Assembly (NCBI RefSeq): GCF_004010195.1
Contig: NC_057752.1
Location: forward strand, 8,080,317-8,144,316
DNA: 64,000 bases
From: Chiloscyllium plagiosum
Taxonomy: Eukaryota
Direction of reading: 5' to 3'
The notes beneath the pieces were generated by a model. It did not search any database. It was not told the DNA's origin and worked only from the letters and a program-made list of their open reading frames with translations. The translations under genes were made by a program, and so were the position numbers. Position 1 is the first letter of the stretch. Each line of letters begins with the position of its first letter. This document shows positions 36,390 through 48,631 of this stretch, one piece after another.

Positions 36390-37229
36390 TTACTCCCAAA
36401 GTCCCCTTGTTTTAAGTCCTGGGGAAGTGCAGTGGCCAAATCTCCCAGCCGTTGTTGTGGGCAAGGAATTCACCATTGCTGCCTTTATTTGGTTGCGGAG
36501 AAATGCATTCTGCTCCAAAAGAACCTCATTGTTACCCATCAAATTTGACACCTGCTTTTTCAGCTCCTCATTCCGGTTTCGCAGCATAAGATTCTCCTCT
36601 TCCAGATATCCTGAATCAACCGACCGGCGACTTGAGAGATCGTATTCGTACACTTCAAACTCAAAACCTTCCAACTTTCTCCTCTTCAAACGGTGGTCAT
36701 ACTCATAGCAAGTGATACCACTATCCTTATCCGATCGTTCATATCTACGCAATGGCTGAGAAAGTGGGGTGTCCCGTGTCAGTCTGAGATCATGTTCTGC
36801 ATTATCACGCTTGAAGTGCCGGAATCTACATTTTGAGCCTCTTTGACAATCACCTTTTAGGTAATCTCGGCATACTGGAATCTCACCTTTATCCGCAGGC
36901 AGATCAGAAACTGACAGACCATAGGTTTCAGCCACCTTGGAGCGCAAATGCAGAGGAAGCTCCCCTGTTTTTTTGTAGTATTCCTCATCCTCTGCTGTAC
37001 CGTGTATGAATGTGCACTTTGCACGGGTACAAACATTATTCATAAAGTAATGACAGAAGACAAACTCATTCTTTTTCACACCTAAATCATGTACCTCATT
37101 TATGTCCGGGTGCAGGTATTTGCAGGTCTTGCCGCGATAGCAGACATTGCGCAGGTAGTCCCGGCAAACGTCTTCTGTGCTCTGGCCAGCCCCGTCTTTG
37201 CCATTGTTAACAACATTATTGTCTGCCAT
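36390..37229 (-). CDS. ZC3H10: Zinc finger CCCH domain-containing protein 10(-like), 279 aa, single main coding exon
   Basis: Three CCCH fingers (CRDYLRNVCYRGKTCKYLH, CHYFMNNVCTRAKCTFIH, CRDYLKGDCQRGSKCRFRH), family linker YKKTGELP, basic LKRRK and coiled coil LEEENLMLR..EELKKQVSNL..NEVLLEQNA. Strong Kozak AAAATGG at 37229. Acceptor ttcttcttttgcag starts the exon at 37263. Confidence 0.93.
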   Translation of the reverse strand: MADNNVVNNGKDGAGQSTEDVCRDYLRNVCYRGKTCKYLHPDINEVHDLGVKKNEFVFCHYFMNNVCTRAKCTFIHGTAEDEEYYKKTGELPLHLRSKVAETYGLSVSDLPADKGEIPVCRDYLKGDCQRGSKCRFRHFKRDNAEHDLRLTRDTPLSQPLRRYERSDKDSGITCYEYDHRLKRRKLEGFEFEVYEYDLSSRRSVDSGYLEEENLMLRNRNEELKKQVSNLMGNNEVLLEQNAFLRNQIKAAMVNSLPTTTAGRFGHCTSPGLKTRGLWE

Positions 37230-37263
37230 TTTACCGATTATTTCTGCGCTGCTCAACAAACAA

Positions 37264-37290
37264 CTGCAAAAGAAGAATGAATCATGTCAG
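37264..37290 (-). promoter_or_regulatory. 3' splice acceptor and branch point for the ZC3H10 coding exon
   Basis: Minus strand reads CTGACatgattcattcttcttttgcAG|TTG: branch-like CTGAC, pyrimidine tract, CAG. Confidence 0.75.
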
Positions 37291-38469
37291 AGAAAAGGAC
37301 TGACCACAAAGTAAGTGTGGTTCATTTTTGCTCCCCACCTCCCCAAGTCAAGAATAAAAATCAACGCAAAGATGATTTCGTTAAAGATCAGCTGGAATGC
37401 TTATACCAAGAGTGTGACAAATTTCCCAAACTGTAAGCACTCTTTTCATGTTTATTAGCCGCCTCATTTTGTAAAAGCAGTCACATTAAGTGTTTGCACA
37501 ATTTTTCAATAAAGCCAATTTTAGCCATTTTGTATTGCGCCAAAATTGTTTCATTGGAGTGCGAGTTCACTTTCCAGCTGTTGGTAAGTGTAGTGAACAG
37601 TAGGCTCTTGAATTTGACATATAAAAACTGCAGCAAAAATGCACATGGTGATATTCACAACTATTTTAAGCTTTGGATTATTTGCCCTCAACTGGCTGAA
37701 ACAAAAACCAATGAATCTTGTTCTGAGCCAAATGCCATTCTATTGGAACTTGATTCCCTCTTTCCAATTGGATGTAGAGATCCAGGAGACAGAAGTTAAT
37801 TAAGATTTAAGTACACAACTTTGATTGGATTAGATGGAAAATAATTCAAGTAGGAATCATAAAAATAGCACACTAAGGGAAAATGTGGACAAAGAAGGAG
37901 CTCAAAGTCAAAGACAGGCCAAGAAGGTTTTGCTTAAAAAGTCTTTTGTTAAATCATTTCAGAATTTTTTTTATACGTTAATAAACAACTGCCATTTCAC
38001 TAGCTTTATTCCTGTAATATTATAGTATGTTTCAACACCATAATATACAGATTGAAGATATAAAAAGATGGTGTTAACCGAGAGAGCCTCAGATTTTCCC
38101 AGGATAGGAGAATATTTAAAAAAAAAGCACTATTCTATAAACTATAAATTGCACAATACTCTATTTATATGCATATATTTTGAACGGCTCCACCCGAGCA
38201 TGCTCTCGAGTTGAGGATCAAGCTAACATACTATTTTATTAGCAGTATCGATACTACCTTTCAGTGGATAAGGTAAAAGGTGTTCTTAAGAAATACTGGA
38301 AAAATTCAAGGTTACCCTAAAAGCAGGTCACAGCATAGAATCCTGAGAAAGCAAACTATTAACAGGAATATGCAGCCAAGACTGAAGCTTGTTGGCAAAA
38401 TGCAAAATTATCATGGAACTTCTTGAACAAAGCTATCTAATTCTAGACTATTTTGAAAAACCTGATTTT

Positions 38470-38580
38470 AGGGAGAAAACGGGAACAGGATACAGAGTTG
38501 GATGATCAGCCATGATCATATTAAGTGGTGGAGCAGGCTCAAAGGGCCAAATGGCTGACGCCTGCTCCTATTTTCTAAGC
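38470..38580 (+). mobile_element. CR1 3' UTR fragment
   Basis: gatcagccatgatcatatt..tggtggagcaggctcaaagggccaaatgg. Confidence 0.75.
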
Positions 38581-39294
38581 TTCTAGATCAATATTCTGTT
38601 GCCTTTCACCCTCCCCATGCACCATTTCCTGATAGAGGAGGAAACTTTCATACTTTTCTGGAAGGAAAACACCTCAAGAAACATGGGACAAAATTCATTA
38701 CTTACTGTTTCTTTGTGCAATGTATGGCATTATATTTCACCTTCAGCACACCACCTCCATCTCAACTTCAAGGTTATGTCTTGCATGACTGTCGTGAGGC
38801 AGTGTATCATAGCTGAAAGTTAATGCACTGCGTCATTCAGTTATGGGGAGCCACAGCAAATGTGATGACAACTTTCAAACTTCTATTTAACCTTGGGTCT
38901 TCTTCTGACAGTCAACACCACTTTTACCATTTCTGGTGGTTTATTCCAGCAAAAAAGCTACTTAATCAAATGATGTTGCCTTATATCCATTGTAACTTTA
39001 TTACCAGGTTCTTAAAACTCTTGGCCCGAATCAGAAATGCCCAAGACTGGGATAACAGCAAGAGATGTTGAATGCTTTTTACAGGTGCACATTTTGATGC
39101 AACTGTTTTTCAAGTTGAAAAGTTGACTTTTCTAATATTTCTCAACTGAAACAATGGCACAGTTATTCTCACAATATGGCAAAATATATTAAGCATTACA
39201 ATATACATAGAAGCAACAATATTCCCCTGTAACGTAGATAGTAAAATAATTCTTCAAATTGTGATACAACATCCTCAAGAGAATGGATTGGCAT

Positions 39295-39505
39295 TTAGTG
39301 CTCTCAGGATGTCATAAAGTGCTTTATAGCTGATGAATTGTTTTTGAAACGCAGTCACCATTGTTTTGTAGGCAAACACTGCAGCCTCTTTGCGCATAGC
39401 AGAGCTTCACAATAATTGAGATAACTGGCAAGCTAATGTGTTTTTAATAATGCTCAATGAGGGATATATATTGCCCACATCACTAGGATAATGCCCGCGC
39501 TCCTC
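39295..39505 (-). mobile_element. DeuSINE relic
   Basis: ctcaggatgtcataaagtgcttta...tttgaa..gcagtcac..ttgt..tgtaggcaaac..gcagcc. Confidence 0.65.
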
Positions 39506-41749
39506 AGGTCCAGCACATTGCATGATTTTATCATCTGCAGTGCCACAAACTATCCAACCAAACAAAAAGTAGTGTAATAATACAAGACCAAGTTTCTCAA
39601 ATTATAAGACAACACTCTTGTGAAGCATTCCCAGGAACAGCACATCTTATGATGCATTTAGTGGTAATTGAACACAAACAAGTGTATAACATTTATGTGG
39701 AGTATTCACATTTAGTGACTTGGTTCACTGCACCCATAAAAATCATGGGATAACTTCACAACATCCTGGTCTAGGGAAGCAAAGGTTCAAGAATCAATTT
39801 GACTATCTTCAACCTGCACTTTGTTAATATGCTCTCTATTCAACACCAGAGGCATAAAATGTTGAGTGATCTGATACTTAATTATTCACTCAGAAATAAG
39901 AAACAGTAAAATTGTCATGAGGTAATGCAACCACTGACAACACTGCAGTGAAGTACTGTTTTTATTTTGCCAGTAACTAGTGGATTAGCAAATATATTTA
40001 TAGAGGAACTGTTTCTCATAGCTGCCAGAGTATTACTACAATTATTCTCTTTTTGCACGTGACTAGTAATATCTGGAATTGGCAGATTTTGCTCATAGCC
40101 ACAACAATGCCAGCTATTCGCAAGGAATAACGCATTTTTTTGCGCATGACTGGCGCTATCCAGAACAGGGGCTAATTGTGCTTGTAGCTACTGACAAAAA
40201 TTTAGTAATTACTTGCCAGGATAGCGCGAAACTCATTTTTTGTTTGCGCATAACTGGTTTATCAGAACTGGCACTGGTTTTGCTTACAGCCGCTAGCACA
40301 GACCTGTTAGTTGTTTGCCACAAAGGCAAAGGCATTGCTTCCAGTTTAAAAAGCAGTATGGCGATGAAATAAAAGCTCTAAAAATTCAGCACGATGTAAA
40401 TGTTCTGAAAGGCCCCCACCAAAGTTTCATACTAAAGTCTGAAAATACTTCATTCTAAACTTGATTCATATTTAAAGCCAGCATCCTTTTTTTTCCTTGA
40501 AGCAATTTGGCTACCAATGCTCAAATGTTGCAAGACACATCATACAGCAAATTAAAGAAAGTACAGAATAGCGCCAGTTGGTGGGGAGGGTAGTTTCTAA
40601 AAATTTTGGAGCCAGGCTTTAAGCTATTCATAAGAAGAATCTTAAGGAACCCTACTAACACTCTTAAAAGCAGTGAAGAAGGTAGCGAACAACAGCAGAG
40701 AGTCTGGCTTTTATTAAATGGACTTTCCTCCATTTGCTATGTTAGTTCAAACATTTGGCATGACTGCAAGCATGAATTCAAATCACACTGCATATGGTTT
40801 TGACAATTAAAGCACAAACTGATTTTTATCAAATGGATGCCAAACAATGTGTCTACAGATTTAATAGACTGCTTAGAAGGTTGCGATTAAGCACCAATAT
40901 ACAATCCAACATTTGCATGTATTGTTCACTTGCATTGTACAAACTATATTTTAACAAAAGTTACTTCAGATTGAACAAAAATCTTAACTCTGAGATCATT
41001 ACTCAGTGCCTATTACAGCATCAAGCATGGCTTTTGGTTTAAATAATACTGAAAGGAACCCACCAGAGTCCATGGAGACAAAGTCCCTTATCTTTTTATG
41101 GAAGGCAAAAAGCTCCAACTGGCCATAAAAGGATCAGGTGTACTGAGAGAAAAACAAGAGCAGAATTATTTGAAGCTGCTGATTTTTCAGGTCACCAAAG
41201 CTGGAAAGTAATTTGTCTCAGGGTATTCAAAACATGGAATATTTCAGCTGAAATTCCTGTCATACATATTTGCGTAACGCCTCATGGGTTATGCAAGTAG
41301 AAATCATGCACAAGTGGAAAGTCTGTACTATTATTTTTTATTAAATCTATAGGTGTGCGAGTCAAAAATTAACAATGCAAATAAGCCTACTGAAAGTCTT
41401 AACTTTCTGGGCATATTAGTATTTCTGATACAGAAATAAAAGTACATGCACCTCCTAGTTTGCCAAAGGGCTAATAAAAATCCATCACTAACTTTGAGTT
41501 CCATCAAGTCTGCACCCTTGTTTCTCTCGAGTTACCTGTCTAAGCCCATTTTCTTGCCCATTCTCCACGCCCTTTAATATCTCAGCTTGTTGAATCACAT
41601 TCACCTCCCTGCACCTTCTCATTTTTTGTCCAAACAACAATTTTGAGTTTCTTTTAAAATAATGTACTGTTTCAGGAAGAGGGCTCAATACAAATTACAC
41701 TGAAGTTTTTTCAACACTGCCCCAAATTTCTGAGATTATCTTGAATTTG

Positions 41750-42230
41750 CACAGTCTTATTATCAAACTCTTAGTGACAGACATCCACCCCATGAAACAC
41801 ATCTCTCAAGTCTCTCATAATGACCACATCTTCTCATCCCTGGTATACTGAACCCATGTTACACCTATCCTATTATTTTCATAAACATCTTATAAATGGT
41901 ATATCCAAGGAAATCTTAAGAATGCTCTAACTGTAGATTGACTGAGGTCCTTTACAAGTTCAAGATCACTTTCTGACTGTTTGAAGTTTTAGATTTTGAA
42001 AAAAAAATCAAGGATTCTGTTTGGTATTGTTAACTGCCTTAATCACTTCAATTTCTACATTCAATGATTTGTGTATCTACACATCAAACTTCTGTTACTG
42101 CTGTTGAAGTATCTCTCGTTACAGCATACTTACTTTCTCTTTCCTTATTTTCAAAATATACTACTTCTACACTGAACTGCATCTGCCACTGTATCTATCC
42201 TTTAGTCCAAGTCCTCTTGTATTCTTTTAT
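41750..42230 (-). mobile_element. Very old CR1 remnant
   Basis: Degenerate similarity to the 10620-11000 region. Confidence 0.45.
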
Positions 42231-42548
42231 TCTTGTATTCCTCGGTTGCCAAGGAGTTAAAACTGGGGAAAGTCTATGTTTCAAACAGGCCCATTATTTA
42301 AAGGAACAAAGCACTTAGGACAAGAGAATGCTTCTGAAATTTAGTCCCAAGACAGTGTTGTAATTTAAAAATGAATGGTGACATTAAAGCTTGCAGCATG
42401 AGTACTACTAAACACAACAAGCATATTTATAAAACTACAAACCACAACTTCTTTCCAAAAAAAACACATTCACTCAAATCATGCTTGGCTTTTAGTAAAA
42501 GAGCAAACACAAGATTTCTAAACAATTTTAAGAACTTTTAAGACTCAC

Positions 42549-42578
42549 CTGTTGCCAGTATTCCTCATTCTGTGCCAG
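42549..42578 (-). other. Candidate 30-nt upstream exon of ZC3H10
   Basis: Long T-rich tract ending tttggtttgcctAG, exon CTGGCACAGAATGAGGAATACTGGCAACAG, consensus donor CAG|GTGAGT. Confidence 0.5.
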
Positions 42579-45500
42579 CTAGGCAAACCAAATCAAAAGG
42601 CAAGGTGACAAGTATAAATCAAAATAAAAAGGTTGAATAAGACACAAGCATATGTACCTCTTAGTGACTTGAATAGAGCCACAAAACTGAAAAAAAATCT
42701 ACTTACTTCTTTATTACAGAGTTTGGAGAACTGCTCTGGAGATGCTCCATTGGACCTAATTTTCATAGTAATAAAAAAGGCATGTTATACCACCTAAGTG
42801 TGTAGCATAGGAGTTAATAATTCATTTGAAGCAAGATAACACAATCCAGAATAATCAAAGAAATAACATTACCTACATTGTAAGGTGTTTCGTATTCTTC
42901 AAATAAAAGTATCCTTCATATACCTCAAGAGAGCCCACGTTACCTACATGGACACAATCCCTTCAGGTGTTTCACTTTGATGTTGCTGCTCATGAGCTTT
43001 TTCCCATCCAGTACCCACATAGACACCATTCATTTGATGTGTAATTTTCCATAGCAAGTAGAACAAAAGGGTAATACATGATAAAACAACATATTATTGC
43101 GCTATGTAGATATAGAAACACACAGGAAATAACAAGGCTTTTGTTAAAAATGGTCCTCTATCAACGCTTTAAGTATGAAGACTGGATATCATAAAAATCA
43201 CTATCACATTTTCAAGAAACATTACATGTTACCAAACATTAATGGTCAAATGGAGAACAGAAAAGAACATAGTCCTACTGAACAAGAGAACCACTCTTCA
43301 CAATGAAAGAGAATTGTCACATGATCAAAATATGGCACCCTCATGCCATAATTTAAAAAGGTCTTGTGTTTGCTATTCCCAAAACGTGTTTGTTTTCGTT
43401 TGGCTGATAATCTGGAATTGTTCCTAGTAGTAGCAAAGATACCCAAAATGAGACAGAATAACCAAAAATCTGCAACTATGAAATAAACAAAGTACAGGAA
43501 AAAAAACTCAATAAAATGTAAATTCAAAGGAGTTTACTCTGAAGGAAGTAAACTCCCTCCCCAGTATCATGACAAATGTTGAATGATTTTGCTTCAATTA
43601 ACCACTTGTTTGCTTTTTGCCTACAGCTTAGTGCACCAAGTGAAATCTAACAAAAGGTATTACAATCACATTTTTAAGACATTAATGCATATTTAAACCT
43701 ATCCAAATTTGTCAAACTTTCCTTCAGGCGTGAAGCACAAATTGCCAGAATACATCAGCAGCTCCCAAGTAAGTAAACATACGAAGTAGCGCGAGACAGG
43801 CCAGGAAGGCATATCAGAAGAATTGTTCTGTAATTAAATGGTTGAAGTTGGATGAAATCATTGTTAAACATAGCGTTCGCCAAATAATTATGAATTGGAC
43901 ACGCTGATACGCACTTTCACCCGAGACCAAGAACAACTGGAAAGACTGAGCATCAATATTACAAAAGGTGCAATTAGGGTTTCAAGACAGTTTTCAGTAC
44001 AAGCGTCTTCAACGTTTTAAGAAACCTTCTACTTTCAGTGTTGTTGTATATTAAGAACATCAAGTTAGAAATCCTTTTTGTGGCACTTTGGTTCATGCAC
44101 AAAGTTCCATTATTGCATGTCACTCAACTTGTACACAATCCTTTCCTATCCAAGATTCAACTCTTAAATCAGTACTTCAAATCCTCAAGCCTGCTTTTGC
44201 AAGGAATCTCATACCTCAAACCCAGATACAAGCTAACTTTTTTTCTGATCGCAGATACTAATAAATGGGTAGTCATTTTCTGGCCTGCCCAGCATATTAT
44301 TTAAAAACAAATGGTCCCAGGCTTTAGCAGCTGCTTGTAAGAAGTGCCACACAATGCTCAAAATAGCAACATTGAAGATATTTCCATCTTTAAGATGTTT
44401 AATAACAAACATTGCAGTCCATACCCGGGCATGCCCAATATACAGTTAGCTGAACTGGCTGGATCTCGCAATCTACACTAAATGCTAAAAACTACTGGGC
44501 CAAGTATCGTATTAGATTTAAATGACCTGGATTATTCCTTTCATACCCTTGGTATTTACCAAACCTAAATAAACCTATATCCCATTATATATGCAGTAAT
44601 GACAAATCTACTGAGAGGAAAGAGAAAGAATAATTTATATTAAGGCTTTAAGCTGCTGTAACAAAATTTATTTTTGGCTTCCTTTCTTGATGGAAGCTTT
44701 TAAGGTTTAAAAGGTGGTAGAGTGAAGAATTGTTGGAGAACAAAGGTTTTGGAAATGCGAGAAGTAGCAAGATGGATTAACCTTCCAGAGGTCAGGGCAG
44801 TGACTAGAGGATTCTGCCGTCAAAGAAGGAATGGAACAGGAGTATGGTTAAACTGACATTGTAACAGGTTCCCTCATGCAAGAGAATGCCCTTCCTTCAA
44901 AATTGCTGTTACTCCATGCTTTAAAAACATGAACTTACCCTCAGCAACTGTGTCCTTCAAACAGTAACTCTCAGGCACCTGTCTTTCTTGGATGTGTTGC
45001 CATCTCCCAAATCCATGCTAATCCTTTTGGATATCTGCCTGAATCTGCCAGTGTGTGTCTTGGCTACTCCCACATCAAAACACCTTCAACCACAGGTACA
45101 ATTAAGATTCTCTGCAACTGTTACTACTACTGGGGCATTATCCCTCCGATACAACCCTCCACCAAATTGGTCTAGTTTTGTGGCATTGGATTGCCTAGTT
45201 CCACTGTTTCCGATTCAGCATACCAGGAAGATCTTCTCTTCCTACATCCAATTCAACCACAGATGAGCTGCTGTCATACATTCTCAGTGCAATGACCACT
45301 GACTTCTCCTTTGGATACGAATGCCCAGCTCTACTTTAGCCCATCTTCCATTGAAGCTTTCAGTTCTACTTCATTTTCTCTGGACTCCATTATTCCAAGG
45401 CTCTTCCATTCTACCCAGTTGTTAAACCAGTTTGTAAGACTATAAAATTCTACTGCCTGTTTCATATCCTACACCAAATCCTGACTCTTTAAAATTACTT

Positions 45501-45670
45501 CTGCAAACTCCCTCTATTTCAAAGTTAAGGTATGTGTAAATGCAAGCTGTTGCTGAGACTGTCAGGAGAATATTCCTGTGTTCTGGATCAGATTTATCAT
45601 GACAACTGTGAGGGATACCCTTTTTACACTCATTCCCCAAATGTCATCAACACTATCAAGCATCATTCAC

Positions 45671-45672
<2 letters not shown>

Positions 45673-45703
<31 letters not shown>
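45673..45703 (+). repeat. (CT)n(CA)n microsatellite
   Basis: Seen directly. Confidence 0.9.
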
Positions 45704-45704
<1 letters not shown>

Positions 45705-46034
45705 TCTTCTGGAACACAAAAATTGAAGTGTTTCAGATCAGTCTATAAATTGGTATCAGGAGAAACAACAAAACTAGTACAATTGGTATTGCTAGAAAGA
45801 AGCATCAGAAGTACAATAGTTTACAAAGTGGTAGTTGTGATTGAAAATACAATTTTGGGAATGAACATTGATGTGCATAAATTTTGCTTTCATGAAAAAA
45901 GGCTTGTAAAAGGTGAAAGATAAGCTCTTCACAACAAAGTATGTCTTGAAAGTGTAATTATAAAACCTACCAGGAAAGCAAGAACAGGTAAAGCAGTCGA
46001 TGCAAGAGATATGAAAAAAAAAGCTATGCAGTGT

Positions 46035-46336
46035 GGGCGGCACGGTGGCTAGCACTGCTGCCTCACAGCGCCAGAGACCCGGGTTCAATTCCCGCCTCAG
46101 GCGACTGACTGTGTGGAGTTTGCACGTTCTCCCCGCGTCTGCGTGGGTTTCCTCCGGGTGCTCCGGTTTCCTCCCACAGTCCAAATATGTGCAGGTCAGG
46201 TGAATTGGCCATGCTAAATTGCCCGTAGTATTAAGTCAGGGGTAAATGTGGGAGTATGGGTAGGTTGCGCTTCGGCGGGTCGGTGTGGACTTGTTGGGCC
46301 GAAGGGCCTGTTTCCACACTGTAATGTAATCTAATC
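46035..46336 (+). mobile_element. HE1 SINE, young
   Basis: Nearly identical to 19796-20120. Confidence 0.93.
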
Positions 46337-46439
46337 GGTACTCTTCAGACAAAAAGGACCAGAAAGGCTCGAGCAGATTCAGAGATAAGAACAAAATGGA
46401 CTGGTGAACAACACAAACTCCGATTTTTGTTTTGGCGTG

Positions 46440-47826
46440 CATTAAAAGCAGGACAAATTCAATCCAATCAATTACGGCCCAATCAATCTACTCTCGATCA
46501 TCAGTAAAGTGATGAAAGGGGTCATCAACAGTGCTATCAAGCAGCACCTGCTCAGCAACAATCTGCTGTGACACCCAGTTTGGGTTTCACCAGGATCACT
46601 CAGCTCCACAGCCTTGGTTCAAACATTGGCAAGAGAGCTAAATTCCAGAAGGGAGGGAAGTGACAGCCCTTGACATCAAGGCTGCATTTGACAGAGTATG
46701 GCATCAAGGAGTCCTAGCAAAGCTGAAATCAATGGGTATCGGGGGCAAATACTCCACCGGTTAGAGTAATACCTGGTACAAAGGAAGATGGTTGTGGTTG
46801 TAGAGGGTCAGACATCTCTACAGGAGTCCCTAAGGATAGTGTCCTAGACCCAACAATCTTCAGCTGCTTCATCAATTACCTTCCTTCTGTCATAAAAGGT
46901 CAAAAGTGGGGATGTTCACCAATGATTGCAGTATTCAGCACCATTCACGACTCCTCAGATCCTGAAGCAGTCGGTGCTCAAATACAATAAGATCTGGGCA
47001 ATATTCAGGCTTGGGCTGACAATTGGAAAGTAATGACCATCTCCAATAAGAGACACTCTAACCACCACACCTCGACATTCAACAGTATTACCATTACTGA
47101 ATCCCCCACTGTCAACATCCTTGAGGTTACCATTGACCAGAAACTCAACTGGACTCACCATATAAATGCAGTGGCTACAACAGCAGGTCAGAGATTAGGG
47201 ATACTGCAGCAAGTAACTCCCCTCCTGGCACCCCAAAGTCTATCCACCATCGACAAAGGCACAAGTCAGGAGTGTGATGGTATACTCCCCACTTACCTGG
47301 ATGGGTGCAGCTCCAACAACACTCAAGAAGTCTGACACCATCCAGGACAAAGTAACCCACTTGATTGGCACTACATCTACAAACATTCAATCCCTCCACC
47401 ACCGCTGGTCAGCAGCAGCGGCGATGTGTATTATCTACAAGATGCACTGCAGAAATTCAAAGATCCTGAGACAGTATCTTCCAAACCCACAACCACTTCC
47501 ACCAAGAAGGACAAGGGCAACAAGTACTTGGGAACACCACCAACTGCATGTTCCCCTCCAAGCCACACACCACCCTGATTTGGAAATATACCGCCGTCCC
47601 TTCAGTCGTTGGGTCAAAATCATGGAACTCTCTCCCGACTGGTATTGTGGGTCAACCCACAGCAAGTGGACTGTAACGATTAAAGAAAGCAGCTCACCAC
47701 CACCTTCTCAAGGGCAAATAGGGATGGGCTATCAACGCTGAAAAATGTGTTGCTGGAAAAGCGCAGGTTAGGCAGCAACGCTGGCTGGTCAGCCAGTAAC
47801 ACCCAAGTCCCACAACTGAATAAAAA
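46440..47826 (+). mobile_element. CR1/L2-clade LINE (RT to 3' end)
   Basis: NYGPINLLSIISKVM, ALDIKAAFDRVWHQG, VLDPTIFSCFIN motifs, and 3' end gcagctcaccaccaccttctcaagggc. A small mini-element fragment sits at 47741-47775 between caacgctg repeats. Confidence 0.9.
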
Positions 47827-48084
47827 AGGATCTCCAAAACCAGATGTCAATGTATCAGCATATCAATTAGTATGCATGGAACCTCAAAGCAAGGTCATGC
47901 AACTTAGCGGGAACACCACTGGCGAGTATTTGCAGAGATTTAATTGGTTTCCCGATTATGACAGCATCAGATTCCAAGAAATGTCCATGTGATCCAAGAT
48001 TGTGTATTAGTTATTTATCCCTCGGCAAAGGGTAAACAAAGTTAATTGTAGATGAGTGGAGTCAGACTGATTTCTTTACCCAGT

Positions 48085-48235
48085 TCTTCAGTCCTGGAAG
48101 GGGGGAGGGTCAGTCACTGGACCTATAACATTAATTGATTTCTCTCCACAGATACTGCCAAACCTCGTGAGTTGTCCTAACAGTTTCAGATGTTGTTTAG
48201 GATTTCCAGCATCTACAGTTCCTTAGTTGTTTTTC
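48085..48235 (+). mobile_element. Decayed Penelope-type mini-element (9530 subfamily)
   Basis: gtcactggacc..aacatta, ctctccacagatactgcc and gatttccagcatct motifs. A further fragment is at ~58465-58505. Confidence 0.55.
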
Positions 48236-48631
48236 CTGTTTGACAGTTCAGAACACTAGAAATTCATGTAAAGGAGGATTAAAAAATACAAAACTCTCAA
48301 GTTTTCTATTTGGCAGTCTTCAAATAGATTCTGGCTTTGATGCAGAAAATAAAACAGAGAATGCAATACTGTGTTAAATAGTTGGAAAAGGGAAACATTG
48401 AAGACACAGCAAGGTAGTGTGGATTGCAATAATATCCCTTGCTGTTGTCAAAATTGTGCCCAAAATGCACCAGAACTTTTAAAGGGGTTGCAGTAGTCAG
48501 TGGGAATTGTATGTCATCAGGCCAGTTATGACCCAAGAAAGCAAAAGTATTTTGTCTGGGGACTTTAGAATACGACTTCTGATAGATGCAACTCTAGACC
48601 TAAAATGAGTGGATGGGAAGGGAGAACAGGG

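Noticed and set aside
36208..36708. ORFs overlapping or following ZC3H10 as a frameshifted C-terminus
   Set aside because: No resemblance to the Pro/Ala-rich ZC3H10 tail. They are antisense shadows or UTR.
43529..43556. Perfect 10-bp hairpin GGAGTTTACT-ctgaagga-AGTAAACTCC
   Set aside because: Isolated, too short for a pre-miRNA, and plausible by chance in 64 kb.
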